Shown piece by piece: positions 34,686-44,757 of a stretch of 64,000 nt of DNA. Numbering within the stretch: position 1 is the first letter of the stretch; every line of letters begins with the position of its first letter. The position numbers and the translations under genes are program-made. Source of the stretch: an uncultured Planctomycetaceae bacterium (GTDB lineage Bacteria; Planctomycetota; Planctomycetia; Pirellulales; PALSA-1355); the NCBI GenBank assembly GCA_963785305.1, contig CAWAUV010000008.1:448001-512000 (forward strand), written 5' to 3'. Under the pieces are notes generated by a model. It made no database searches, was not told the DNA's origin, and saw nothing but the letters and a program-made list of their open reading frames with translations.

Positions 34686-35216
34686 GCCGCTTTATCTTGA
34701 CTCTCGTGGCAGTCGGGCCCAAAATGCCCTCATATCCGCTCGCCAGGGTAAATCGGGACTCGCGGCGCGAATGTCTGGCGGCGTCGATTTCACCGAGGCG
34801 CTATTTCATGCTCACGCGACTGTTCTGCGACAATTATAAGTGCCTCGTCAATTTCGAATATCGTCCGCGATCGATCCAGTTGTTGATGGGGCGGAACGGC
34901 GCCGGAAAGTCGACGATTTTCAAGCTTGCTCGAGACGCTTCGCGACTTCATTATCCGCGATGGTAAGTGCGAGGGCCGCTTTGGCGGCCGAACGCGGACA
35001 CGTTGGCAGGAAAATCCCTCGCAAAAATTCGCACTCGACGTACGCACGCCACGAGGCCTCTACGGATACGAATTGGACATCCACGAATCCGGGAATCCAC
35101 CGCGGCCGATCGTGCGCCATGAATCGGTTTCGCTCGATGGCAAACCGCTTTATTTGTTCAAAGAGTGAGGTGGACCCCGTTTTTCGGACCACGGGGGCGG
35201 GTTTCTTAGATGGTGG

Positions 35217-36058
35217 TCAGCGAGGCGTTCGACGATTGCCGCGGTAGGTTTCCCAGGGCGTGCGGTTGGCCAGGCCCTGGTGAGGTCGCTCGTGGCAGTA
35301 ATAGTTAAAGTACGCGCTCAGTCCTTCATGACAATCGGTTCCCGTCGTGTACTCCTTGAGGTAGATGTTCTCGTATTTCACCGTTCGCCATAGCCGCTCG
35401 ATCATCACGTTGTCGATGGCTCGGCCTTTGCCGTCCATGCTGATGGCGATCGACTCCCGCTGCAGCCGCTCGGTAAATTGTCCGCTGGTGAACTGCGAGC
35501 CCTGGTCGGTGTTGAATATCTCCGGCCGTCCATGACGGAGCGCTCCTTCCAACGCTTCCAGACAGAACTCGACATCCATGCTGTTCGACAACTGCCAGGC
35601 CAGCACATAGCGGCTGAACCAATCCATCACGGCCGTCAGGTACAAGTAGCCACGCCGCATCGGCACATAGGTGATGTCGCAGGCCCAGACCTGGTTCGGA
35701 CGCACGATCTCCACGCCTCGCAACAAATACGGATAGACCTTGTGGCCAGCGGCCCGCCGGGTCGTGTTCGGCCGCGGGGCCAGCGACTGCAGGCCCATTT
35801 TCCGCAGCAATCGCTGCATTTTCTTGCGATTCACCACCTCGTCTTGTCGCGCCAGAATGCAGCACCATGCCCCGGCTTCCCAGAATGCGGATGCCGCAAA
35901 TATTCTTCATCGATCAGACGCATCAACCGTAGCTCGTCGGCGCTCTCGGGTACGGGCTCGTAATAGAGGTTCGACCGATGAAGTCCCAACAGCTCGCACT
36001 GCCGACGCACGCTCAAGCCGCCGGCGTCGGGCTCGATCCAGCTTCGCCGCTCAGCCAC
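35217..36058 (-). CDS. IS3 transposase OrfB (rve/DDE integrase core; apparent internal frameshift ~35860)
   Basis: NQVWACDITY, FNTDQGSQF, DNVMIERLWRTVKYE and ERPHQGL. Confidence 0.93.
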
Positions 36059-36344
36059 CGTTCTCGGCCACTTTTTTTTTGAGCCAATCCAGTTCGATCT
36101 TCAGCCGACCGATCTGCTCGTAAAGCTCCGCTGCGCTCGGCTCGTCCGTCGGCGCCTTCTTCGCCGAGGGCGACTCGAACACGCCCGCCGCTCCCTCCTG
36201 GAGCTGCTTCTTCCAGAGCGCGATCTGCGTCGGATGCACCTTGTGCAACGCCGCCAGCTCACTCACCGTCTTCAGGCCACGCATCGCATCCAAGGCAACC
36301 TTGGCCTTGAAAGACCCATCGAACAATCGTCGCTTCCGAGGCAT
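36051..36344 (-). CDS. IS3 transposase OrfA (HTH)
   Basis: FKAKVALDA...WKKQL...LYEQIGRLKIELDWLKKK; an A9G run at 36071-36080 is a typical -1 frameshift site. Confidence 0.93.
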   Translation of the reverse strand: MPRKRRLFDGSFKAKVALDAMRGLKTVSELAALHKVHPTQIALWKKQLQEGAAGVFESPSAKKAPTDEPSAAELYEQIGRLKIELDWLKKKVAENGG

Positions 36345-37216
36345 CGTTGCTCTCCTAAATGGTTCCCTCCACGAGGCCTCCTTTCTCCCCGATCCGCCGC
36401 CCGCTTTCCATCTATCCCCGTGGTCCGAAAAACGGGATCCACCTCAGAGGGACTTGTTCATTTGCATAACGATCAATTCCAGGATCGTGTGCAGTTCCCG
36501 TTTGATTCACGACAATCGTTCCTGTCGCTCATCGAACCTCGTGCTGACAATTCCCTTTTAACTGAATTCAAGGAATGGCTCTCTCGGTTGATTTACATCC
36601 AGATCGACCCGAAGCGGATGGAAACACTGGCGGAGGAAGAAGCGCTATTCCCGACCTCCGACCTTGGCAACTTCGCGGCTTGGTACTGGCGGCTCCGAAT
36701 CGCGGAGGAGATCGGAACGGAAAATCTTCGTAACACGTTGCGCGAAGTGATTGATGGGTTCGACAGTTTTTATCTAAAGGACTTCGGGCCCAAAACGAAA
36801 ATACTCTCCGTCCGAGTTCGTTCTCCAAATGGGCAAGCGGCCAATGTGGATTCCACTGAATTCGACGAATTGTCCGACGGACAAAGGGCCTTGGTGGGAC
36901 TCTATACCTTGCTCCATTGCGGATTGACGCACAACGCGACACTTTGCATAGACGAACCGGATAACTTCGTGGCCCTTTCGGAAATTCAGCCCTGGATAAT
37001 GGCTCTGACTGATAAGATCGAGCAGTCGGATTCGGCTCAGGTTTTGATCGCCTCGCATCATCCAGAGCTCATGAACCAGCTTGCAAGTCAGCATGGCATT
37101 ATCATCGAACGGCCCGATGGCTGGGCAACCGCGCCGCCGCGACCTTACGCCCCGCCGGACGACACCGTGCTTACTCCCGCCGAAATCATTGCCCGCGGGT
37201 GGGAGACCTAGGGAGC

Positions 37217-37778
37217 ATGAGCCGACGCGTCGCGAATATCATCGTGCTGACGGAAGACGCCGAACAAAGCAACTTGATTCGCCGTTATTTGGAGCAGGCG
37301 GGGCACGACACTCGCGCAGTGAAGTTCTTATCCATCAACAAAGGTTGCGCGTCGCAGTGGGTGCGGCTTCAATTCCCGGCGCAAGTCGCCGCTTGCCGCG
37401 GGACGTTAGGTAGAAGGGCATCCTGTCTGTTGCTGGTGATGACCGACGCCGATAATCTGTCGTGCGTCGATCGGCGAAAAACCCTCCTCGAAGAGCTCGT
37501 GAGCAAAAATATGCCGCCGCTGGCCGCTGGCCGCCGACGAGCCCGTCGTTATTTTCACGCCGAAGTGGCAGGTGGAAACGTGGATCAAATGCCTTTTGGG
37601 CCAGCCGATGGTTGAAGATGATAAGAAGTCCGATCAACCACCGGTCGACGCCAAGCAGATCAAAAAAGCCGCGGGCGCATTGTATAAATGGGCTCGTCCC
37701 CATGCCACGGCCGGCGCAACTTGCGTTCCATCGCTTGCATCCGCATTACCGGACTGGCGTCGGCTTGACCAGCCATGA
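37217..37778 (+). CDS. TOPRIM-like putative nuclease, partner of the ABC ATPase (frameshift ~37530)
   Basis: IIVLTED, LLVMTDAD (DxD) and P-WQVETW motifs; starts 5 bp after the ATPase stop with an RBS (GGGAG). Confidence 0.65.
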
Positions 37779-37865
37779 CGCAGGCAAGGGAACGGCGAGA
37801 AAGAGGCGCGCGCGAAATGAGCCGACAGACGGGGGCCGGCACGACGCAACTCCAGAGCGCCCCAA

Positions 37866-37917
37866 ACAAGCCTGAAGCGCCAGCGAAGTTATTTCTTTGC
37901 TGACGCTTCAGGCTTGT
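37866..37917. repeat. REP-like inverted repeat, family A
   Basis: ACAAGCCTGAAGCGCCAGCGAAG ... CTTTGCTGACGCTTCAGGCTTGT. Confidence 0.85.
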
Positions 37918-37934
37918 AAGTGCTCGCTGTCTCA

Positions 37935-37965
37935 AGCAGCCTGTTGAATATTTCAACAGGCTGCT
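37935..37965. repeat. Palindrome AGCAGCCTGTTGAA-TAT-TTCAACAGGCTGCT (joined IS-like termini)
   Basis: 14-bp perfect arms; a related copy lies at 39548-39573. Confidence 0.8.
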
Positions 37966-38057
37966 GGGCATTGTATCGCTGGACCGTCGCGGTTGGCGCC
38001 GCGGGTCTTCAGCATCCGCGCACGGCCGGACCGCGGTTCGCCATGCGCTTTCTCACG

Positions 38058-38144
38058 CCGGCGACTTTTCCTGACACGTTGCCAAACGCTCGGGCGAGAA
38101 GTACATTCCCCCTATCGTCGGCGATGGCGGACCTCGCGGCGAGG
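38058..38144 (+). repeat. 87-bp direct repeat, copy 2 (ndh promoter region)
   Basis: Identical to 34599-34685. Confidence 0.95.
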
Positions 38145-38201
38145 AAGCGCGAGGCCCAACGCTTCGCGGTCGATCCGACCTACTCTCCAGGAGCGCCGCT
38201 C

Positions 38202-39501
38202 ATGACCGCAGCCTTGCCCAGGGTGGTAATCATTGGCGGCGGTTTTGCCGGGCTCACCGCCGCCCAGGCGCTCGCCAAGGCGCCGGTCGCGGTCACGCTG
38301 CTCGATCGGCGCAACCACCATCTCTTTCAGCCGCTGCTCTATCAGGTCGCCTCGGCCGGACTCAACCCCAGCGATATCGCCACGCCCATTCGGCGCATTC
38401 TACGCAATCAAAAAAACGCCGAAGTCCTGCTGGCCGAGGCCACCGGCTTCGATCTCGACGCCAAGCAAGTGATCCTCGATCGCGGCACGGTCGACTACGA
38501 CTATCTGATTGTCGCCACCGGCGCCCGGCATTCGTATTTCGGCCGCGAGGATTGGGCAAAATTCGCACCGGGCCTCAAGAGCATTGCCGACGCGCTCGGC
38601 ATTCGACGGCGCGTGCTCTCGGCTTTCGAATTGGCCGAACGCGAAGACGACGACGCGGCCCGCACCGCTTGGCTCACGTTTGTCGTCGTGGGCGGCGGCC
38701 CGACCGGCGTCGAGCTTTCCGGCGCGATCTGCGAAGTGGCCCAGCACGCGCTCGCCAAGGACTTTCGCCGCATCGATCCCAAGCAAGCCCATGTGATCCT
38801 GCTCGAAGGCTCCGACCGGGTGTTGCCGGTATATCCGCCCGACCTTTCCGAAAAAGCGCGCCAGCAGCTTGAAAGACTGGGCGTCGATGTGCGGAGCGGG
38901 CAGCGAGTCACGGCCATCGACGATGCCGGCGTTGCGTGTGGCGATGAGCATATCGCGGCGCGCACCGTGCTTTGGGCGGCGGGCGTGGCCGGCTCGCGGC
39001 TGGGAAAAGCCCTCGGCGCACCGCTCGACAAATCGAATCGCGTGCTCGTGACGCCCGAGTTGAACGTGCCGGGCCGGCCGGAAGTGTTTGTCATTGGCGA
39101 TCTCGCGAGTCTCCTGCAAGACGGCAAGCCGGTGCCGGGCGTGGCGCCGGCGGCGATGCAAGCCGGTCGTCAGACGGTCGACAATATCTTGCGGCTGATG
39201 CGCGGCGAACAGGCGATCCCTTTCCATTATCGCGACAAAGGCTCGCTGGCCACGATCGGCCGCTCGGCGGCGGTGGCTCAAGTCGGCTCGTTGCGACTTT
39301 CGGGCACGCTTGCCTGGCTCGCGTGGCTGTTTATCCATCTCCTGTTTCTGATCGGGTTTCGCAATCGGTTCTTCGTGCTCATGGAATGGGCTTGGTCGTT
39401 TTTCTCCTACGATCGCGGAGCGCAGGCTCATTACCGGTCCCCTGAAACGCGAAATGGATACCTTCAAAGCCGAAGTTCCGCAATCGGGGGCGAGCGGATA
39501 A
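38202..39501 (+). CDS. ndh: Type II NADH dehydrogenase (NAD(P)/FAD oxidoreductase); frameshift ~39423
   Basis: GGGFAG, HLFQPLLYQ, GGGPTGVE, WAAGV, GSLATIGR and LIGFRNR. The natural end RGARLIT...* lies in another frame (stop at 39501). Confidence 0.9.
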
Positions 39502-39701
39502 TTTTCGCCCATTGGTCGGGCCCTTTAATATTTCGACGGCGGCGCGTCCTGTTGAAATAGTCAACAGGCTGCTAGTGCTCGTTCACGGCTGAAATGATGG
39601 ATAATTCGGTTTGCGCGTGTGCCATGCCCATTGCCCAGCGTGGGCATGTTTTCAAACGCCACGCGGAGTCCTCATGCCCACGCGGGGCGGTGGGCATGGC
39701 A

Positions 39702-40169
39702 TCTATGAATGGGGTTCCGTCAAGTGGGGTTCTTGGAATGTGGTTGGGGGTGGCGACGATAAGTTCCGCGAGTCGCAGGTTTGCGCTCAGGCATCTATTC
39801 GAGATCGGCCCGCTTGGGGTCGTCCCGGGAAGGAATTCGACGGACGCTCCATTCACAAGAACTCGGGTCGGCCCAGTCAGTCGCCCGTAGCCATGCCGTC
39901 GGAGTCGTCCGCGGTCGCAAACGGCGCCAGCTTGGCAAACGTGTCGCGGATCTTCGCCGTGTCCCCACAGGCCAAATGGCCCCCGATCCCGCCTCGCTTG
40001 TCGCCCGCTTTCGCTACCGCCCGCCAAACGATAACCTGTTTGTGGAGTCCACGCCGACGTAATTCATGGGAAGCTCCTTTTTGTGGAAACACAAGGGATG
40101 TCGCAACTCCCCTTAGGTTTACCACGTTTCCAAGGCCACCGCGCGGCGCGGCCTCCTCTCATGGCTTCA
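39702..40169 (-). mobile_element. Internally deleted IS110-family (IS1111-like) element, 468 bp
   Basis: Absent from the homologous empty site at ~50230. A CA/TG core is present at both junctions. Imperfect subterminal IRs (ATGAGAGGAG / ATGAATGGGG) lie 7 nt and 3 nt from the ends. RBS AAAGGAG is followed by a transposase stub MNYVGVD/LHKQVI. Confidence 0.78.
39915..40067 (-). pseudogene. IS110 (DEDD) transposase N-terminal stub
   Basis: MNYVGVD(fs)LHKQVIVW...LACGDTAKIRDTFAKLAPF resembles the IS110 N-terminal Y-G-D-HK motif; truncated after about 50 codons. Confidence 0.7.
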
Positions 40170-40469
40170 CACGGGCAAACCGACTTATCCATCATTTCAG
40201 CCGTGACAAAGCACTAGCATGGCGAGGCTGTTTTCACGACGCCCGCGGCGACATCGGCTCGCAATCCGGCCGCGCGGATCCGCCGGCTCAATTCGTCGCC
40301 GACGAAATATTTGCCCGCGAGGCGGCTGCTCAACGCGCTGGCGGCAAGGCGGTAGTCTCATAAGCGGCGGCTTTCGATTCCCGGCCATTTTGGCGGCGGG
40401 CGCCGCCATGTGCCCCTTGCGCCCCCTCGGGGCTATGCCGCCGTTTCTTTCGCCCGTGAGGTTTCCACG

Positions 40470-41582
40470 ATGCCAAACTGGATCGCTGATCGCGTCAAGC
40501 ATTTCGATAGCTCGGGAATTCGCAAGGTCTTCGATCTCGCGGCCACGATGAAGAATCCGATCAACCTCTCGATCGGCCAGCCCGACTTTCCGGTGCCCGA
40601 GGAAGCCCGCGAGGAGATGAACCGGGCCGTGAACTCGGGTCGCAATGGCTACGCGCTCACCCAGGGCATGCCGGTCTTGCGCGAAAAGCTGGCCGCCCAA
40701 GTCGCCGCCGAGCTCGAACACACCGATCGCGAGACGTTCGTCGCCAGCGGCACCAGCGGCGCGCTCGTCTTGGCGATGCTCGCGCTGGTCAATCCGGGCG
40801 ATGAAGTCATCGTCTTCGATCCTTATTTCGTCATGTATCCCTCGCTGATCGGGCTCGTGGGTGGCGTGTGCGTGGCGATCGACACCTATCCCGATTTTCG
40901 GATCGACGTGGCCCGAGTGGCCGAGCGCATCACGCCGCGCACCAAGGCGATTCTGTTTAATAGCCCGGCGAATCCGACCGGCGTGACGAATAGCGCGGCG
41001 GAGATTCGGGCCCTGGCGGAACTGGCGGCCGAGCGGAATATCGTGCTGATTAGCGACGAAATCTATCGTTCGTTTTGTTACGACGAGCCGTTTGTCTCGC
41101 CGGCCGAATTCAATCCGCAAACGCTCGTGATCGATGGTTTTTCCAAAAGCCATGCCATGACCGGCTGGCGCGTGGGCTTCGCGCATGGCCCCGGCCAGAT
41201 CATTCGGCAGATGATCAAGGTGCAGCAGTATACGTTTGTCTGCGCGCCGCAGCCGGCGCAGTGGGCCGCGGCCCGGGCGCTCGACTTGGACATGAGCGCG
41301 CATGTGGCCGAGTACCGCGGAAAGCGCGACCGGCTGCTCGCGGCGCTCGAGGGCGATTACAAGATCGCCCGGCCGGGCGGAGCGTTTTATATGTTTCCGC
41401 AAGCCCCCTGGGGCACGGGTAGCGAATTCGTGGCCGAGGCGATTCGTAATGAGCTTTTGATTATTCCGGGCAACATCTTCAGCGGCCGCGACACGCACTT
41501 CCGCATTTCCTACGCCGCCTCCGACGCGACGCTCGATCGCGGCATCGAGGCGCTGCTGCGGCTCGCGCGGCGGCCGGCTTAG
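40470..41582 (+). CDS. PLP-dependent aminotransferase class I/II
   Basis: NLSIGQPDF, NSPANPTG, SDEIY, SKSHAMTGWRVG and GAFY. Confidence 0.93.
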   Translation: MPNWIADRVKHFDSSGIRKVFDLAATMKNPINLSIGQPDFPVPEEAREEMNRAVNSGRNGYALTQGMPVLREKLAAQVAAELEHTDRETFVASGTSGALVLAMLALVNPGDEVIVFDPYFVMYPSLIGLVGGVCVAIDTYPDFRIDVARVAERITPRTKAILFNSPANPTGVTNSAAEIRALAELAAERNIVLISDEIYRSFCYDEPFVSPAEFNPQTLVIDGFSKSHAMTGWRVGFAHGPGQIIRQMIKVQQYTFVCAPQPAQWAAARALDLDMSAHVAEYRGKRDRLLAALEGDYKIARPGGAFYMFPQAPWGTGSEFVAEAIRNELLIIPGNIFSGRDTHFRISYAASDATLDRGIEALLRLARRPA

Positions 41583-41776
41583 AGTGGGTGGGGTAAGGCG
41601 GCTAGACACGCGGGGCCAAAAAACCATCGCCGCCGGAGCTCTCGATTGTTGCGGGCCGGCGCCCAGCGAGTAGACTATACGTCGCTTCGCTCTCTCCTCT
41701 CCGGATCGGCGTCTCCGAGCACGAGACGCTCCCGCCGCCACGGCTGCACAACCCCTCGCTTCACGAAAGGCGTCTC

Positions 41777-44754
41777 ATGCGACTTCGCGCACGCATCGGC
41801 ATGCTGGGTCTTGCGTTGTTTTTCGCGAGCGTCCCCCGAAGTTGGGGCGATGAACCATCGTCGACAGCGCCCCTGCCCACCAATCCAACGGCGAGGTCGC
41901 CCGCGGCTTCCGTCGGCGATTCGATCGCCTCGGCCGATTCCGTGAAAATCGCGGGTCGCAGTTTGCTCGTGTTCAAAGCGCCCGGTCGCTATGGCGGCTG
42001 GCCGGCGAATCATGGCATCTGGTCGTGGGGCGACGAAGTGGTGGTCGGCTTCACGTCGGCCGTGTTCAAGAGCTCGAAGACCGATCACTCGGTCGACCGG
42101 AGCAAGCCTTTTGCCAAGATGCAAGCGCGGAGCTTCGATGGCGGCGAAACTTGGACCATCGAACAACCCCTCAACGTGAATCCCGAGGCCGGCCCGCCAA
42201 GGACCAAGCCGCTTGCGGCGCCGCTCGACTTCACCGCGCCCGGCTTCGCGCTCATGTTCGACTTCGCCAACATGCATGTTGGGCCAACGTATTTTTATGT
42301 GTCGACCGACCGTTGCCAGAGCTGGCGGGGGCCCTATACATTTCAAGTCGAGGGCGTCGACAAAATCGCCGCTCGCACCGATTACCTTGTGCTCGGTCCG
42401 CGCGAGTGCCTCATGTTTGGCAGCGCCGCCAAGTCCAACGATCGCGAAGGCCAGTCGTTTTGCGCCAAACCACCGATGGCGGCCTCACTTGGCGACTGCT
42501 CGGAAAAATCGGCCCCGAGCCGGTCGGCTATGCGATCATGCCGTCGACCGTGAAGCTTTCGGGCGGCGACCTGCTCACGACGATCCGCCATTGGAAGCCC
42601 GACGGGCCGGCTTCGATCGATGTCTACCGCGGCGCTCCCGGCGGTCGCGACTGGCGATTCGTGGGCGAAGCGGCGCCGAACATCGGCGGCGGCAATCCGC
42701 CGGCGCTCGTCAAGCTCCACGATGGCCGGCTCGCGCTGAGCTATGGCTACCGCGCGAAGCCCTATGGGATGCGTGCCCGGCTCAGCGACGATGAAGGCCA
42801 AACCTGGGGGCCGGAGCTCGTGCTTCGCGACGACTCGCCAAGCGGCGACCTCGGGTATCCGCGATCGATCGAACGGCCCGATGGCCAAATCCTCACGGTC
42901 TATTATTACAACGGTCCCCGCGACGACGATCGCGCGATCGAAGCCACGCTCTGGCGCCCAACGCCGGCGAAAAACAGCGCGGCGAGCGGCGCCAAAATCT
43001 CGGCTCCGGCAGTGGCGACCGCCGCGCCGATCCCGGCCGGGGCAGTCACTCGAGTGAGATTTTTGCCGGCGCCCGATCGCGCCGCGCACATGTCCGGCGG
43101 TCGCTTCGAGGGCTCCAACGAATCGGCTCGGAGCGGCTATGTGACGCTCGCCGAAATCAAGACCGCGCCGCCGGAGAACACATGGTCGGAGATCGCGATC
43201 GACCATCCACGCTCCTATCGCTGGATTCGCTATCTGGCGCCGGCGGGCTCCCATGGCGACGTGGCCGAGCTCGCGTTTTTCGCGGGCGGCGCTCGGCTCA
43301 ATGCCCCGGGATTCGGCTCGCCGAGTTCGGCGCCTCCGGGCGGGAGTTGGAAGACCGGCGTCGATAACCGACCCGATACATGGCGCCATGCGAGCGAGCC
43401 CGACGCGCAGTTCATCGGCCTCGATCTGGGCGATCGCGCGTCGACGGCCCGAGTCGCCATGCTTCCAGGCCCGGGCGATTTCAGCGGCCCGCAAACCGTG
43501 ACCCTGAAATGCTCGACCCCCGGCGCCACGATCCGCTACACGCTCGATGGCGTGGCGCCCGGACCGGGCGATGGCCAAACATACACGGGCCCCATCATGC
43601 TCGACAAAACAGCGACGCTCTCGGCGACGGCCTTTAGCCCCGATCTGGCGCCGAGCCCGACCGGCTTCGGCACATATTTGATCGGCCCGCCGGTGTCGGT
43701 GCGCAATTCCTTTCACTTGGGAAATAGTCTCACCGGCAACGCGAGCAAGATGCCGCTCTATGCCCGCACCGCTGGCCGCATTCAGAATTACCAGCAATTT
43801 CTGATTGGCGGAGTGCTCACGGCGCGACTTTGGGAGGCCAAGGAAACATTCGACAAGCCGCGTTGGGACCAGACTTGGGCCACGGTAAAGACGCCGCTTG
43901 ATATCGTCACCGTGCAGCCGCGAGATTTCGACATCGATCGAGAAGCCGAACACGAGATCAAGTTCTTCGACCAGATTCGCGCCACCTCGCCCGAGGTTCA
44001 GCCTTGGCTCTATGCCGAATGGGTCGAGATGAACCGCGGGCGGCCGAGCGACAAGGGCCTTTCGCCCACCTGGCAAATGCGGCACACTCCCGCGGCGCTC
44101 ACTTGGCAGGAATCGATGTCGGCGATGCTGCTCTATGTGGAAGAAGTCCAGCATCGATTGATTCCGAAGTACCACGGCGCCAAGCGACCGCGAATCATTC
44201 CCGTGTCGCTCGCCATGGGCCAGATATGCACGCTGATCGAACACGGCGAACTGCCGGGCGTCGCGTCGTCGGAGGCGAGTTTTTATGAAACGCTGCTCGA
44301 GGATCAAGTGCATGTCAACGCGACCGGAAGTTATTTGGTCGATCTTGTGTGGCACGCCGCTTTTTATGGTGAATCGCCCGAGGGCAAAGTGCTGCCGGTG
44401 GGCACGCCGCTGAGCGCCGAGCAAGCGCGCGTGTTTCAGCGGCTGGCCTGGGATGTCGTGCGAAACTATCCCGACTGCGGAGTGTATGCCGAGGGAACCG
44501 ATCCGGTGGCGGCGCCCACGACGAGCGTCGCGGTCAAGCCGCTTTCGGCGCCGATTCAGCTTTCGCTCCTATCGGCCACTCCCGGAGCGTGGTTCCGTTA
44601 CACGCTCGACGGCACGCCTCCGACCCGAACCCGGGGCTATGTGTCGTGTGGCGTGGTGAGCGTGCAACCGGGCGAGACACTCAAGGCGATCGGCTACAAG
44701 AGCGGCATGGCCGATAGCCCGGTGCTCGAAGCCACCTTTCCCAAGGCCGAGTGA
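41777..44754 (+). CDS. Secreted multidomain protein: sialidase/BNR-like propeller + chitobiase/Fn3-associated + SGNH-hydrolase domains (frameshift ~42460)
   Basis: Signal peptide; Asp-boxes SFDGGETW, TTDGGLTW and SDDEGQTW; DLGYP; IRYTLDG twice; GNSLT and DQVH. Confidence 0.75.
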
Positions 44755-44757
44755 GCG

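Larger units (their letters stand above)
35166..36446 (-). mobile_element. IS3-family insertion sequence, 1281 bp
   Basis: TG...CA ends; 31-bp TIRs with one mismatch (TGAGGTGGA[C/T]CCCGTTTTTCGGACCACGGGG); GAG target duplication at 35163-35165 and 36447-36449; orfA/orfB organisation. Confidence 0.97.
34808..37211 (+). pseudogene. ABC-type (AAA_21-like) ATPase interrupted by an IS3 element
   Basis: Walker A GRNGAGKS lies 5' of the IS; LSDGQ, LCIDEPD and ASHHP lie 3'. Removing the IS and one GAG restores the in-frame ...LFKE|GLVH. There is an extra frameshift at ~34925. Confidence 0.88.
39572..40217. mobile_element. MITE-like element, family B (CTAG-flanked, ~30-bp TIRs), carrying an IS110/IS1111 insertion
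   Basis: CTAGTGCTCGTTCACGGCTGAAATGATGGATAA ... TTATCCATCATTTCAGCCGTGACAAAGCACTAG. An uninterrupted homologue lies inverted at 50187-50362. Confidence 0.85.

Noticed and set aside
36234..36446. N-terminus of the 325-aa ORF 36234-37211
   Set aside because: This part is read-through from IS3 end DNA; the real N-terminus of the ATPase lies at 34808-35165.
39572..40363. ORFs 39572-40027, 39594-39890, 39611-40363 and 49834-50340 as proteins
   Set aside because: They are translations of MITE, REP or IS110 non-coding DNA; their mutual similarity reflects the repeat, not a protein family.
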